NCBI RefSeq assembly: GCF_009914755.1
Contig: NC_060928.1
DNA from: the human T2T-CHM13v2.0 reference genome, Homo sapiens
Length of the DNA stretch: 64,000 bases
Reading direction: 5' to 3' (one strand)
Part shown: positions 1 through 17,675 of the stretch, piece after piece
Layout of the letters: every line of letters starts with the position of its first letter
How positions within the stretch are numbered: the first letter of the stretch is position 1
Translations under genes and position numbers: made by a program
Notes under the pieces: generated by a model
Told to the model about the DNA's origin: nothing
Seen by the model: the letters and a program-made list of their open reading frames with translations, nothing else
Databases searched by the model: none

Positions 1-1371
1 GATCTTTGTCTGTCTCTTTCTTCACTTGTATCATTCCCTTGTTTTCCTTTCTTTACTTTTTTCTCTCCACTTAGGCTACCATTACCATAGAAATGATAGG
101 GCTAGACTTCAACTAATAGAATTAATGTATTGATGGTGGAAAAGATTGAATGTAAAGAAAAGAACTGGAATCAAAAGGAAAACAAGAAACAGAGAGGCAG
201 AGAATATAAATAGATGGATTCGTAAACATTAGAAGAAGCATCTTGGATTCAATTATTGCTTTGTAGAAGATTTTCTAACAAATATAAAAGTATCTTTAGA
301 AGATTTTTTTAAAGTGTTTTACATTCAGTATTTTTCTTTTCACAATTTCTCCTAAGATTGAAAAATGATTAGATGGATGCATGAAAATAACCTTAGTTAA
401 AGTTAATCTTATTTTCAGATTTTAAGCTTGTTAGAGATATAGTCCTTAACTGACAATCCTGCTATGATTTACTGTGCAAAGATTTAAACTTTAAAAATTC
501 TAGAAATATTTATTTTATACTAACTTAAGTTTGAAACACTTGGGGAAAAAATTTCATTTTATAATGGAGAGTCGTATTTCAAGTGGCTGCACTGCTTAAA
601 TTGCAGTAGGAATAAAAATAGGGCAAAAAAAAATAGCCAGAAATGCAAATATAACACAATTTTTTGAGATAATATTGTTAAGTCATGAAAACAAATGAAA
701 AAAAACCACAAAGGCTTAAAATTTTTTGTCTGAACACTTACCAATATAACCTGTTTCAGTTATTTTTGAAAGAGTCAATGTAGTGTTCTCTGAGATAAAA
801 TGTGATTGTTTGCCAAAAAACTTATGACCCTGATTTGTCTCAACATATGAATTAAAATAAATGATCTATGCTTTCAACTTTAGGGCTAGAAAAAAAAAAA
901 ACTCTTGTAAAACAGAAGAAAGTAATTCATACGTGTAAAAAAATTTATTTGAGTTAATTGAAAAGAAAAGGCAATAAAATTAAGTAATAATTATCCCAGT
1001 GTATGCTCAGGGTTATATGAAATCTATGCAGTCGTTGGTTCTTTTCTGTACCTGATGGCAAGTTTGAGAGATTGTATCTCTGTCCTGATACTTTACCTAT
1101 TTACTTGCTTGGGTAAGATTTCAGTTAACTTCTCCTATCCATATTTTTCAAAAACAGAGGTAACAATATCAATTATCCTCCATTTAAATAACAGCTTTGA
1201 CTCTTTTAACTAAAAGGCCATTTGTTAAATAAGAATGACTTAGGTACCTGTGATTTGCTATGTACCAGTAAGGACCTCAGTTCTTAGGAATCTTTCTTAA
1301 AGTATATCCCCATTGGGGATTGCATCTCGTTGTGTTAACAGAAAGCTGACTACACTGGTTTAATGAAATAC

Positions 1372-1804
1372 GGTCTTAACTAGAATTCCTTAGAAACAGG
1401 TTCCGAGATGAAAAATTTTGTTTGAAAAATTAACTGGGAAGTCCTCTCAAGAGAAAGTGAAGAAGGCAGGATCGGACAGAGGAGAAGCAGACTCTTAACG
1501 TTTTTGCAACCAAGGCTCAGCCGGTCAGTTCCACAGTGAGTTCTGGAGCTGAAATGACCTTTTAGCATTGTCCCCATTTGAGGCAAAGAGCTTGGACTTT
1601 TGTGTCTGTACATCAGTCATTGACTACAGGTCACCCCCATTCTGGGGACTTAACCTTGGACCCAGCAATTCCCTACAGCTGAAAGTTCTTCCCAGTGAGG
1701 GACATGTCTCTGAATAGTCAGTAGTCTATACTTCTCAGCCAATGAGGATAGATATGTCGCCCCTGAAGAGGGGGTCTGGGCTGAATGCCACAGTTGGCAC
1801 TACA
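1372..1804 (-). mobile_element. ERVL LTR (LTR16-like)
   Basis: Matches remembered LTR16 reverse complement (gaaggcaggatcggacagaggagaag...gttctggagctgaaatgacc...catcagtcattgactacagg); ends ...cactaca, i.e. TGTAGTG start on the - strand. Confidence 0.65.
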
Positions 1805-2250
1805 AGAGCATTCTTTCCTTGCTTAGATCTACTTGTTCTTACAGCAAGTTTATCTCACTTGGGGACAGCTTCTCCAGGTTTGCTCTTATTTCCTGGGGAA
1901 ATATAAAAAGGGAGTTAGCAGGTATAGGAGCTGCACCTCAAGACTGTAATTGACCTCCAGCCTGTACCTAGTGTTTATCATCCCCCTCCTCCACTCACTT
2001 TAGATGCCCTCACCTGCAGCTGACACCTCTGCTGGTGGAGTGACCCACACCCTTATCCCTGAGGTGTCGCAACGCCACATTACTTTGCCCTTTCTCAGGT
2101 TGTGGCTGCTGTTCATGACTATTCACTGTTAAAACTGGGCGGAAGAGCACCAAAAGACACCTCTGTGTTTCTGAGTATCAAACGTTCTCTCCTACCCCCA
2201 GCCCCCATTCATGCTTAGCCAGGACTAGATCATATAGCTAACCTAAGGTG
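1805..2250 (-). mobile_element. ERVL (HERV16-like) internal 3' region adjoining the LTR
   Basis: Directly abuts the LTR; ttagatctacttgttcttacagcaagttt...ggggacagcttctccagg resembles the ERVL/HERV16 internal 3' end in reverse orientation. Confidence 0.45.
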
Positions 2251-2279
2251 TGAGGACTCACTTTCTGATGTTTGAGAAA

Positions 2280-2990
2280 CACAGAGGAAAAAGTTATATA
2301 AGAAATGAAATTAGTTGGCTGTCACTGAATACCATTAAGTCGTTAAAAAGATAATGAGAGGTTCAGGGAGATAAAATTCAAGGTAAAATGCAGAAGTCAG
2401 AGGGTATTCTGGAAGCATTTAAAGAAGTTCATAATCTCTTGAAGATGAGGGGCAGATAGAGTAAAGAAGCTGACTCAGGACTTAATTGTAAGAGTAGCAG
2501 AGATTCAGATTCTCAACCCTACCAGGCCCACCAAGTCAAGGTCAGAACCATAATCAGGAAGGATCAGGACACTGAGACTTGGGATGGGGATATCTGGATA
2601 GATGCCTTGAGAACCTTAACCTCCCAATTTCCATGACCATGCTAGGCCTGCAGAAACAACTAACTCCATCTTGTATGAAGATACTAGGCCCATTGCTTAA
2701 TATTGTGCATAGGTCTTAAATAAGATAGGAGCCTTACATGAAACTGTGTGTCCCCTCAAGATCTATGCATACATCCTCTCCTGGCAACTGAACCAGTAAC
2801 AAGAATGAAATCCCTAGTCCAATTTAAGATAAGGAAATAGAGTTTACATAGAAGTTGATGTTTTATCTGGCTGACATATCTTGTCATATATTAGAAAGAA
2901 AATACGCAATTACCTGAATCTTGAGGGTTCTAGATTAAGGGAGTGAAACCTTAATTTGGATAAAAGAACGTCAATTGATATGAAATAACT
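2280..2990 (+). mobile_element. ERVL internal gag-region fossil
   Basis: aaggtcagaaccataatcaggaaggatcaggacactgagacttgggatggggatatctgg resembles the ERVL gag KVRALIGKEWDPxTWNGDVW segment; degenerate. Confidence 0.6.
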
Positions 2991-2996
2991 TTGTCA

Positions 2997-3315
<319 letters not shown>

Positions 3316-5263
3316 TTAAATATATTTTTCATTTTAATAAGTTTTGGGGTACAAGTGGTTTTTGGTTATACGGATGAGTTAAATATTGGTGAATTCTGAG
3401 ATTTTAGTGCACCTGTCACCCAAGCGGTATATGTTGTACCAATATGTATTTTTGTATCGCACACTCCCCTCCTTCCCTCCCACTTCTGAGTCTCCAAATA
3501 TCATTGTAACACTCTGTATGCCTCTGCATACTCATAGCTTAGCTCCCACATGTAAGTGAGAACATATGGTATTTGATTTTCCATTTCTGAATTACTTCAC
3601 TTAGAATAATGGTCTTCAGCTCCAACCAAGTTGCTGCAAAGGACATGGACATTTAAGTTGGTTCCATATCTTTGCAATTGTGAATTGGACCACAATAAAC
3701 ATACATGTGCTTGTGTCTTTTTCATCTATGACTTATTTTCCTTTGGGTAGATACACAGTAGTTGGGTTGCTGAATTGAATGGTAGATCTACTTTTAGCTC
3801 CTTAAAAAATGTCCATACTGTTTTCCACAGATGCTGTACTAATTTGCATTCTCACCAACAATGTATAAGCATTCCCTTTTCCTCACATCCGTGCCAACAT
3901 CTATTGTTTCTTGACTTTTTAATAATGGCCATTCTTTCAGGAGTAAGGTCGTATTTCATTGTGGTTTTAATTTGCATTTCCCTGATGATTATTGATGTTG
4001 AGCATTTTTAAATATGTTTGCTGGCCATTTGTATACTTTCTTTTGAAAAATGTCTATGTATATCATTAGCCCACTTTTTGATGGGATTATTTAATTTTTT
4101 TCTTGCTGATTTATTTGAGTTCCTTGTAGATTCTGGATACTGGTCCTTTGTCAGACGCATATATTGCAAATATTTTTTCCGTTCTGTGTGTTGTCCATAT
4201 ACTCTGATGATTATTTCTTTTGCTTTGCAGAAGCTTTTAAATTTAATCAGGTCCCATTTATTTTTGTTTTCACTGCTTTTGTTTTTGAGGTTTTAGTCAT
4301 GAATTCTTTATCTAGGACAATGTCCAGAAGACTTTTTCCAAGGTTATCCTCTAGAATTTTTATGGTTTCAGGTGTTAGATTTAAGTCTTTGATTCATCTC
4401 GAGTTGATTTTTGTATATGGTGTGAGATAGGACCCAGTTTCATTTTTTCTACAGTTTTCCCAGAACTTCAGGGCATCATTACCTCAATTTATGTTTTTGT
4501 ATGCTTTATCAAAGATCAATTGATTGTAAGTATTTGGCTTTATTTTTGGGTTCTCTATTCTATTCCATTGGTCTATGCACCTACTTTTATACCAGTACCA
4601 TGCTGTTTTGGTTAACTGTAGCCCTGTAGTCCAACTTGAAGTTTGGTAATGTGATGCCTCTAGATTTGTTCTTTTTGTTTAGGATTTCTTTGGCTATTTG
4701 GGCTATTTTTTGATTTCATATGAATTTTAGGACTGTTTTTTGCTAATTCTATGAAAAATGTTGTTGGTATTTTGATAGGAGTTACATTAAATCTATAGAT
4801 TGCTTTGGGCAGTATATTCATTTTCACAATATTGATTCTCCAATCCATGAGCATGGGATGTGTTTCCATTTGTTTGTGTCACCTGTGATTTCTCTCAGCA
4901 GTTTTGTAGTTCTCCTTTTAGAGATCTTTCACTTCCTTGGTTAAGTATATACATAGGTATTTTATTTGTCTTGTTCCGATTTTCAAAGGGAATGCTTTCA
5001 ACTTTTCCCAATTCAGTATGAGGTTGGCTGTGAGTCTGTCATATATGGCTTGTATTAATTTGAGGTAATTCCCTTCTATGACTAGTTTGTTGGAGGTTTT
5101 TATCATAAAGGGATGCTGGATTTTATTGAATGCTTTTTCTACATCTATTGAGATGATCATATGATTTTTGTTTTTAATTCTGTTTACGTGATATATCACA
5201 TTTATTGACCTGTGTATGTTAAATCATCCCTGGGATGATCATGGTGTATTATCTTTTTGATGT

Positions 5264-5335
5264 TGTATTAGTCAGGGTTTTCTGGAGGGACAGAACTATT
5301 CCACCAGTCCAGCTGCTTCAGGATGATGGGGAACA
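5264..5335 (-). mobile_element. 72-bp HERV-L mini-insert (MLT2A LTR end + integrase core fragment)
   Basis: TG...CA termini; TSD gatgt 5259-5263/5336-5340; first 35 nt = MLT2A terminus tgtattagtcagggttttctggagggacagaacta; remainder on the - strand reads VPHHPEAAGLVE. Confidence 0.8.
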
Positions 5336-8300
5336 GATGTGCTGTTGGGTTTGGTTAGCTAGTATTTTGTTGAGGGTTTTTACATCTCTGTTCATGACGG
5401 ATATTGGTCTTTGTTTTCTTTTTTAGTTATGTCCTTTCCTGGTTTTGGTATCAGGGTGATATGGCTTAATAGAGTGAATTAGGGAGGAGTCCCTATGTCT
5501 CAATCTTTTGGAATAGTTTCAGTAGGATTGACACCAATTCTTTAAATGTCTGGTAGAATTCAGCTGTGAATCTGTCTGGCCCTGGGCTTTTGTTAGCATT
5601 TTAAAAATTACTAATTCAATCTCACTGCTTGTTATTGGTCTGTGCAGGTTTTCTATTTCTTACTGATTTAATCTAGGGAGATTGTATGTTTCCAGGAATT
5701 TATTCATTTTCTCTAGGTTTTCTAGTTTGTATGCATAGAAGTGTTCATAGTAGTCTTAAATGATCTTTTGTATTTCTGTGATGTTGGTTGTAGTGTCTCT
5801 AGTTTCATTTGTAGTTGAGCTTATTTGAGTTGTCTGTCTTCTTGGTTAATCTAACTAATGGTCTGTCAATTTTGCTTATTTTTTCAAAGAACCAGCTTTT
5901 TGTTTCATTGATCTTTTGTATTTTTTTAATTTCAATTTCATTTAGTTCTGCTCTGATCTTTGTTATTTCTTTTCTTCTGCTAGCTTGGGATTAGTTGGTT
6001 CTTATTTCCCTGGTTCCTTGAGGTATGGCTTTAGGTTGCCAATTTGTAATCTTTCAGACTTTTTGAAGTAGGCATTTAGTACTATAAACTTTCCACTTAG
6101 CATTGCTTTTGCTTTATCCCAGAGGTTTTGCTAGCTTTTGTCTGTATTATCAATAATTTCAAAGAATTTTTAAATTTTCATCTTGATTTCATTGTAGACT
6201 CAAATATCATTCAAGAGCAGGCTGTTTAATTTCCATGTATTTGTATAGTTTAGGGGATTGTTTTTGTAGTTGATTTCTAGTTTTATTCTACTGTGGTCTG
6301 AGAAGATACTTGATATGATTTCAATTTTTAAAAATGTATTGAGACTTGTTTTGTGACCTATTACATGGTCTATCTTGGAGGATGTTCCATGTGCTGATGA
6401 AAAGCTTGTATAATCTGCAGTTCTTGGGTAAAATTTTCTGTAAATATCTGTTAGGTTCATTTGTTCTAGGGTCTAGTTTAAGTCCAGTGTTTCTTCATTG
6501 ACATTCTGTCTCAATAGTCTACTGCTGTCAGTGGAATATTGAAGTTCCCTATTATTATTGTGTTGCTGTCTATCTCATTTCTTAGGTCTAGTAGTAATTG
6601 CTTTCTGAATCTGGTAGCTCCAGTGTTAGATGTATATACATTTAAGTTTGTAATATCTTCTTGTTGTATTGATTCTTTTATCATTATATAATGGCTTTGT
6701 CTTTTTTTTAACTGTTATTGTTTTAAAGTCTGTTTTATCTGATATGAAAACATCTACTCCTACTCATTTTTCCTTTCCATTTGCATGGAATATCTTTTTC
6801 TACTCCTTTACTTTGAGCTGATATGAATTCTTGTGAGTTAGGTGAGTCTCTTAAAGTCAGCAGATATTTGGTTTGTGATTTTTTTATCCATTCTGCCAAT
6901 ATGTATCTTTTAAGTAGAGCATTTACACCATTTTCATTCAATGGTAATATTGAGATGTGAGGTACTGTTCCATTAACATTCCATCATGTTCATTGTTCCC
7001 TAGATACTTTGTTTCTTCATTGTGTTATTGTTTTATAGGTCCTGTGAGTTTTAACCTTTTAAGAGATTCTATTCCAGTGTATGTCAAGCTTTGGTCTCAA
7101 GATTTAGAACTCCTTTCAGCATTTCTTTTAAGGCTGGCCTGGTATTAACAAATTCCCTCAGCATTCCTTTGTCTGAAAATGACATTATTTCTCCTTCATT
7201 TATGAAAATTACTTTTTCTGGATACAAAATTCTTGGCTGAAAGTTATTCTATTTAAGGAGGCTAAAGATAGAACCCCAATCCCTTCTGGCTTATAAGGTT
7301 TCTTTTGAGAAGTCTGCTGTTAGTCCAATGGGTTTTCCTATATAAGTTACCTGATGCTTTGCTTTCATCTCACTGTCCTTAGAATTCTTTCCTTCATGCT
7401 GACTTTAGATAGTCTGATGATTATATATTTTGCTGATGACCTTTACAATGAATCTCCCAGGAGTTATTTGAACTCTTGTATTTGGATATCTAAATCTCTA
7501 ACAAGGTCAGGGATGTTGTCCTCAATTATTCCCTCAAATAAGTTTCCCAAGCTTTTTGCTTTGTCTTCTCCTTCAAGAACACCAATTATTCTTAGGTCTA
7601 GCCATTTACAAAATCCCATGTTTCTTGGAGATTTTGTTCATTTATTTTATTCTCTTTCTCTTTATTTTTGTCTGATTGAGTTAATTCAATAGCCTGTTTC
7701 TGACCTCTGAAATTCTTTGACTATTCTATTGTTGAAACTTTCCACTGCATTTTGTAATTTCCCAAGTGTGTCTTTCATTTCCAGAAGTTCTAATTGGTGT
7801 TTCCTTAAAATATCTGTTTAGAAAATATCTCATTCATATCCTGGACTGTTTTTTTATATTTATTTATGTTTGTTTTTTTCCTTTCTCTGGAATCTCCTTG
7901 AGTAGCTTAATAATCAACATTTTGAATACTTTATCTGGTATTTCAAATATTTCATCTTGGTTTGGATCCATTGCTGGGGAGCTAGTGTGATCCTTTGGAG
8001 GTGTTATAAAACCCTGTGTTTTCATATTACCAGAATTATATTTCTGGTTCCTTCTCATTTGGGTAGAAAATTTCTTCTAGTTATTCTTGAATTTATTTTT
8101 GATTTGACTATTTTTAAAAATTTTCTCCCCCTTAAGGACGTGACTTTAACTTTTATAGTTTATTGTAGCCTAATTTGGCTCTTGTTGCTTTTGGGAGTGA
8201 AGATTGTATGAATTCCTTGGTTACAGAGAGTCTGTGTATGATAGCTTTCTCAGATGCTGGTTGTATTAGCAAGGTGCTCAGTGTGTGTGCAAGTTCACTG

Positions 8301-8948
8301 TTTCCTATAGAGTTGGAATGGCAGAGGTTTCTTGATGCTTATCTCATGCCCCCATGGTGTGCACTTTTTTATTTGCTACTTTTTCCCCAGTATTCTATTT
8401 ACTGGGTTGAATAGTTCAGGCTTAAGCCAATAGGGGAGATATCTACAAGTAAAAACTCTCTGTGGCTAAAATAGGGGGAAAATGCATTATCCAATGGTGG
8501 ACAGAGGTCCCAGCCTTGACAGAGGTGGCTGAAGGAGCTCTCTATGAAACACTCTGAGGTATTATCAGAGGGAATGGCAATAGCCACCTCAGCTCCACTG
8601 CCAGTCCAGCAGGAAAGCTATCCACCTCCCAGACACACTGCTTACCCAGTATTTCAGCTATTCAGATCAGACAAGTACCTTTCTTCATTTGCAGGATTGT
8701 TGATATTCCAAGGAAAGAGGAATTGTGACTCTACCTCTCATGAAAGACTGCACCTGGAGGGTGCACCTCCTGTGGCAATGTAATCACCCTGAATTGTTCC
8801 AGAAAGGCTGTCTATGCCGAGCCTCTGTGGGAAAAACTCCAGCTGTGTCTGCAGTGGTGGATGAGGGTGAAAAGAAGTCTCCTTCTCTAAGGCCCTTCAG
8901 GAGCACGAGGGCTGCCTGATTCTTGGGGCAGAATGCAGATTTTCCCTG

Positions 8949-9116
8949 CGTTCAAATTCGGGAAATACAGAGAACACCATAAAGATACTCCTTGAGAAGA
9001 GCAACCCCAAGACACATAATTGTCAGATTCACCAAGGTTGAAATGAAGGAAAAAATGTTAAGGGCAGCCAGAGAGAAAGGTGGGGTTACCCACAAAGGGA
9101 AGCCCATCAGACTAAC
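8949..9116 (+). mobile_element. Internal L1PA6/7-type ORF1 fragment inserted in the L1PB 5'UTR
   Basis: ttcaaattc...cccatcagactaac is near-identical to 12233-12398; opposite orientation to host; no poly(A), no clear TSD. Confidence 0.9.
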
Positions 9117-10129
9117 TTGCTGAACCCAGCATTGCAACTGTGCCTCCGCTGAAAGAAATTTTCCACCAGTGGAAAGATCTGGGACCCAAGGCCTGCCATC
9201 TGGGTTCTTTTGTCCCATTGGGTATTGCCTTGATATGACGCACTTCCTCTTCCCCTAGGAGTAGGAGTCCCTGAGAGCCAGACTACTGTGAATGCTGTTG
9301 CTCCTCTGGGTCTAACTACCCAAAGGGACTGCTGCACTTCAGGATGGTGCTGGGGAATGTCTTCAGGGGATCCAGAGATATGACCTGTCCTCAAGTCTCT
9401 CACCTGTGGGTACCAGCACCACCTTTGATGTGGGTGGCAGGGAAGTGACACTGACTCTGTGAGATTCCTTGGTATAGACAGTCTTAGTGTGTTGGCTTTC
9501 TCAAATGCCATTTGTAGTAGCAATGATCTGGTCATGTGGACAGACTAAGGGCCTCTTGGTTAGCCAGGTGGTACAGGCATTGGTGATAGCTAAGGTCATG
9601 CACAAATTTTCTCCTTCCTGGGTGCAGTGCTGGAGATGCTGTAACAGACTATGTTAGTTGGTCTCCAGCCAGGAGGTGGCACTTGCAAAAGCCTCCAGCT
9701 GTGGTAGTAGTGGTGGAATTTGTGCTTGCCTTATGTTACACAGGGGAGGTACTCTGGTGTCTAGGTGATAGATGAGGCCATTAGACTCCCAAAAGTTTCT
9801 GTTCTTTGTATTAAGCTACCAGGGTGGGTAGAGGGGCAATGCCAGTTTGGGGCTGGGCCTGGCAGGTCCATACTCTGAGTTTCTGTGTGAAGGGCAAGCA
9901 GCAGCCCCTGTGGAAGTAGGGGTGGGGGTGGTTCCCTGGCCCCTGGGGTAGTGTTCCAGAGAGAAGCTCCCACACACTTGGCAAGGCAGATTTCATACTG
10001 AGAGTTTTCCACTAGCATTAGTGAGCTAAGTTCCAGGCTGTCTACACTCAAAACTGTCTTTTTAAGGAAAGACTCTAAAACATCAAGGTCTCTGACATTT
10101 TATTTTTAGGTAACCAAGAATTGGGGAAA

Positions 10130-10693
10130 AATAATATCAAGATATTTCAAGAATGATTGGATATGTTGTCCATGAAGCTTTCAAGAAGTTCATAAAACCC
10201 CTAAATAATTCCCTGATCTGTGAGGTAAGAACTATCCTAGTGGTGAAAGCTAAGTGGAAATGCTGGAAATTGGCTCCCTCCAATAAAACTAATAAATTAT
10301 TAAAATTACCATGTCCCAAGGGAAATAGTAGATGATAACTCCACCTTTGAAGATTTAAAGAAATGATGGTGGTTCCCTGTCATATCCCATTTAATTTGTG
10401 AGCCTGACCTTTAAAATTCCAGAAGGATCTTGGCAGATGAAAATGGAAGAATAAAATCTAACACAGTTACTTCAATGTTGTTGTACTAAACATGGTACCT
10501 TGATAAGGGCAAATTAACACAGCATCAGCATGTCCTATCCAGCCATCGATCTAGCAAATACATTGTATTCTATCCCTATTAGAAAAGAGGATCAGAAGTA
10601 GTTTGTGTTTCTGTGAAATGAATAAGAGCATACACCTATGGTTTTGCCCTAAGGCTATGTTAACTCTGTTACTCTTACTTTTAATATAGTCCA
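10130..10693 (+). pseudogene. ERVL pol reverse transcriptase fossil, N-terminal part
   Basis: Translates to AIDLANTLYSIPIRKEDQK*FVF (~10542-10610) and MVLP*GYVNS (~10638-10667), ERVL RT motifs with stops. Confidence 0.8.
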
Positions 10694-11644
10694 GAGGTCA
10701 CTTCCAAGATGGCTGAATAGGAACAGCTCCTGTCTCAGCTCCCAGTAAGATTGATACAGAAGACTGGTGATTTCTGCATTTCCAACTAAGAAACCTGGTT
10801 CATCTCACTGGAACTGGATAGACAGTGTGTGCAGCCCACGGAGAGCAAGCTGAAGCAGGGTGGGGTGTCATCTCACCTGGGAAGCACAAGGGTTTGGGGG
10901 ATTTCCCTTTCCCAGCCAAGGGAAGCCATGATAGACTGTACCTGGAGAAACAGTACACTCCTCACCAAAGACTGTGCTTTTCCCATGGTCTTAGCAACCA
11001 GGAGACCAAGAGATACCCTCTTGTGGCCTGGCTCGGCAGGTCCCACACTCACAGAGCCTTGTCCACTGCTAGAACAGCAGTCTGAGATCAACCTGCAATG
11101 CTGCAGCTTGATGGGGAGAGGGGCATCTGCCATTGCTGATGCTTGAGTAGCTCACAGGTAAGCAAAGCTGCTGGGAAAGTCAGACTGGGCGGAGCCCACT
11201 GCAGCTCAGCAAGGCCTACTGCCTCTCTAGATTCCACCTGTGGGGGCAGGGCATAGCAGAACAAAAGGCTGCAGACAGCTGCAAACAGACTGCCTCCTCA
11301 AGTGGGTCCATGACCCAGGTGTAGCCTTACTGGGAGACACTTCCCAGTAGGGGCCACAGGAACCTCAAACAGGTGGGTACTCCTTTGGGACAAAGCTTCC
11401 AGAGGAAGGATAAGGCAACAATATTTGCTGTTCTGCAGCCTCTGCTAGTGATACCCAGGCAAACAGGGTCTGGAATGGACCTCCAGCAAACTCCAACAGA
11501 CCTGCAGCTGAAGGGCATGACTGTTAGAAGGAAAAGTAACAAACAGAAAGGAATAGCATCAACATTAACAAAAAGGATATCCACAAAAAAACTCCATCTG
11601 TAGGTCACCAACATCAAAGACCAAAGGTAGATAAAACCACAAAG

Positions 11645-12664
11645 ATGGGGAGAAACCAGAGCAGAAAAGCTGAAAATTCCAAAAACCAGAGCACCTCTTC
11701 TCCTCCAAAGGATCACAGCTCCTTGCCAGCAAGGGAACAAAACTGGATAGAGAGTGAGTTTGAAGAGTTGACAGAAGTAGGCTTCAGAAGATCAGTAATA
11801 ACAAACTTCTCTGAGCTAAAGGAGCATGTTCTAATCCATTGCAAGGAAGCTAAAAACCTTGAAAAAAGGTGAGAAGAATGGCTAACTAGAATAAACAGTG
11901 TAGAGAAGACCTTAAATGACTGGATGGAGCTGAAAACCACAGTGCGATAACTTTGGGATGCATGCACAAGCTTCAATAGTCAATTCAATCAAGTGGAAGG
12001 ATATCAGTGATTGAAGATCAAATTAATGAAATAAAGTGAGAAGACAAGATTACAGAAAAAAGAGTGAAAAGAAATGAACAAAGCCTCCAAGAAACATGGG
12101 ACTATGTGAAAAGACCAAATATACATTTGATTGGTGTACCTGAAAGTGACAGGGAGAATGGAACCAAGTTGGAAAACACTCTGCAGGATACTATCCAGGA
12201 GAACTTCACCAACCTAGCAAGGCAGGCCAACATTCAAATTCAGAAAATACAGAGAACACCATGAAGATACTCCTCAAGAAGAGCAACCCCAAGACACAAA
12301 ATTGTCAGATTCACCAAGGTTGAAATGAAGGAAAAAATGTTAAGGGCAGCCAGAGACAAAGGTCGGGTTACCCGCAGAGGGAAGCCCATTAGACTAACAG
12401 TGGATCTCTCTGAAGAAACCCTATGAGCCAGAAGAGAGTGGGGGCCAATATTCAACATTCTAAAGAAAAGAATTTTCAACCCAGAATTTCACATCCAGCC
12501 AATCTAAGCTTCACAAGTGAAGGAGAAATAAATCCTTTACAGACAAGCAAATGCTGAGAGATTTTGTCACCACCAGGCCTGCCCTACAAGAGCTCCTGAA
12601 GGAAGCACTAAACATGGAAAGGAACCACTGGTACCGACCACTGCAAAAACATGCCAAATTATAA
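11645..12664 (+). pseudogene. L1 ORF1p, disrupted
   Basis: MGRNQSRKAENSKNQ start; premature stops (e.g. 11870, 12262) break the frame. Confidence 0.9.
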
Positions 12665-12727
12665 AGACCATTGACACTGTGAAGAAACTGCATCAATTAA
12701 TGGGCAAACTAACCAGCTAACATCATA

Positions 12728-16886
<4,159 letters not shown>

Positions 16887-17096
16887 ACAATGAGAACACA
16901 TGGACACAGGGCAGGGAACATCACCTGTCGGGGGGTGGAAGGATGGGGGAAGGATAGCATTAGGAGAAATACCTAATGTAAATGACGAGTTGATGGGTGC
17001 AGCAAACCAACATGGCACATGTATACTTATGTAACAAACCTGCACGTTGTGCACATGTACCCTAGAACTTAAAGTATAATAATAATAAAAAAAAAA

Positions 17097-17675
17097 CAGT
17101 CCAAAGGGATCTACTTGTCTGGACACTCTTTAGAACATTACATTGATCCATTTTATCAGTGATGTCATGGTAATCAGACCAGATATACAAGACACATTCA
17201 CTCCATGTATAGCAGGAAATAAACCCACCATATCAGTAAACTTTTGGGGTTCAGTACTCTGGAACATTCCCCCCAAGGTAGAGAACAAATTATTGTATCT
17301 CACAACTCCTACAAAAAGAAAGTAGCACAATGTTGGTAAGCTTGTTTAATTTATGGAGGCAGCTTATTCTACACTTGAGAATACTGCTCCAGCCCATTTA
17401 CTGAGTGACTCAGAAGGCTACTAGCTTTCATTGAGGCCAGGTAAGGAAAGAGCTTTTTAAGTATGGGCTGGAATGTGAGCATCCCTGTTACATGGGCCAA
17501 ATGGCCAGTAGACCCTATGGTACCAAAGGTACCCATTACGAAAAGAGATGCTGTGTGGAAATCATGTTGAGCCCCAATAGGAGAATCACAACATGGACAC
17601 TTATGGTTCTGGAGCAACAGCATGTCATCTAGAGCAGAGAACCAGACACCATTCAAAAACAAGCTTCTGGGCCGT
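17097..17675 (+). pseudogene. ERVL pol fossil (RT YxDD region to RNase H linker), continuation of 10130-10693
   Basis: IHFISDVMVI (degenerate LVHYIDDIML) and IPPKVENKLLYLTTPT in ORF 17143-17325; resumes exactly at the L1 TSD. Confidence 0.8.

Larger units (their letters stand above)
3320..10060 (-). mobile_element. Near-full-length L1PB-type LINE-1, degenerate, several internal deletions
   Basis: L1PB-type 3'UTR at 3320-3600 (ttttggggtacaagtggtttttggttat); minus-strand ORF2 remnants (4660-5199, 6200-6460); ORF1 remnant 7100-8058; about 2 kb GC-richer 5'UTR 8060-10060. Confidence 0.9.
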
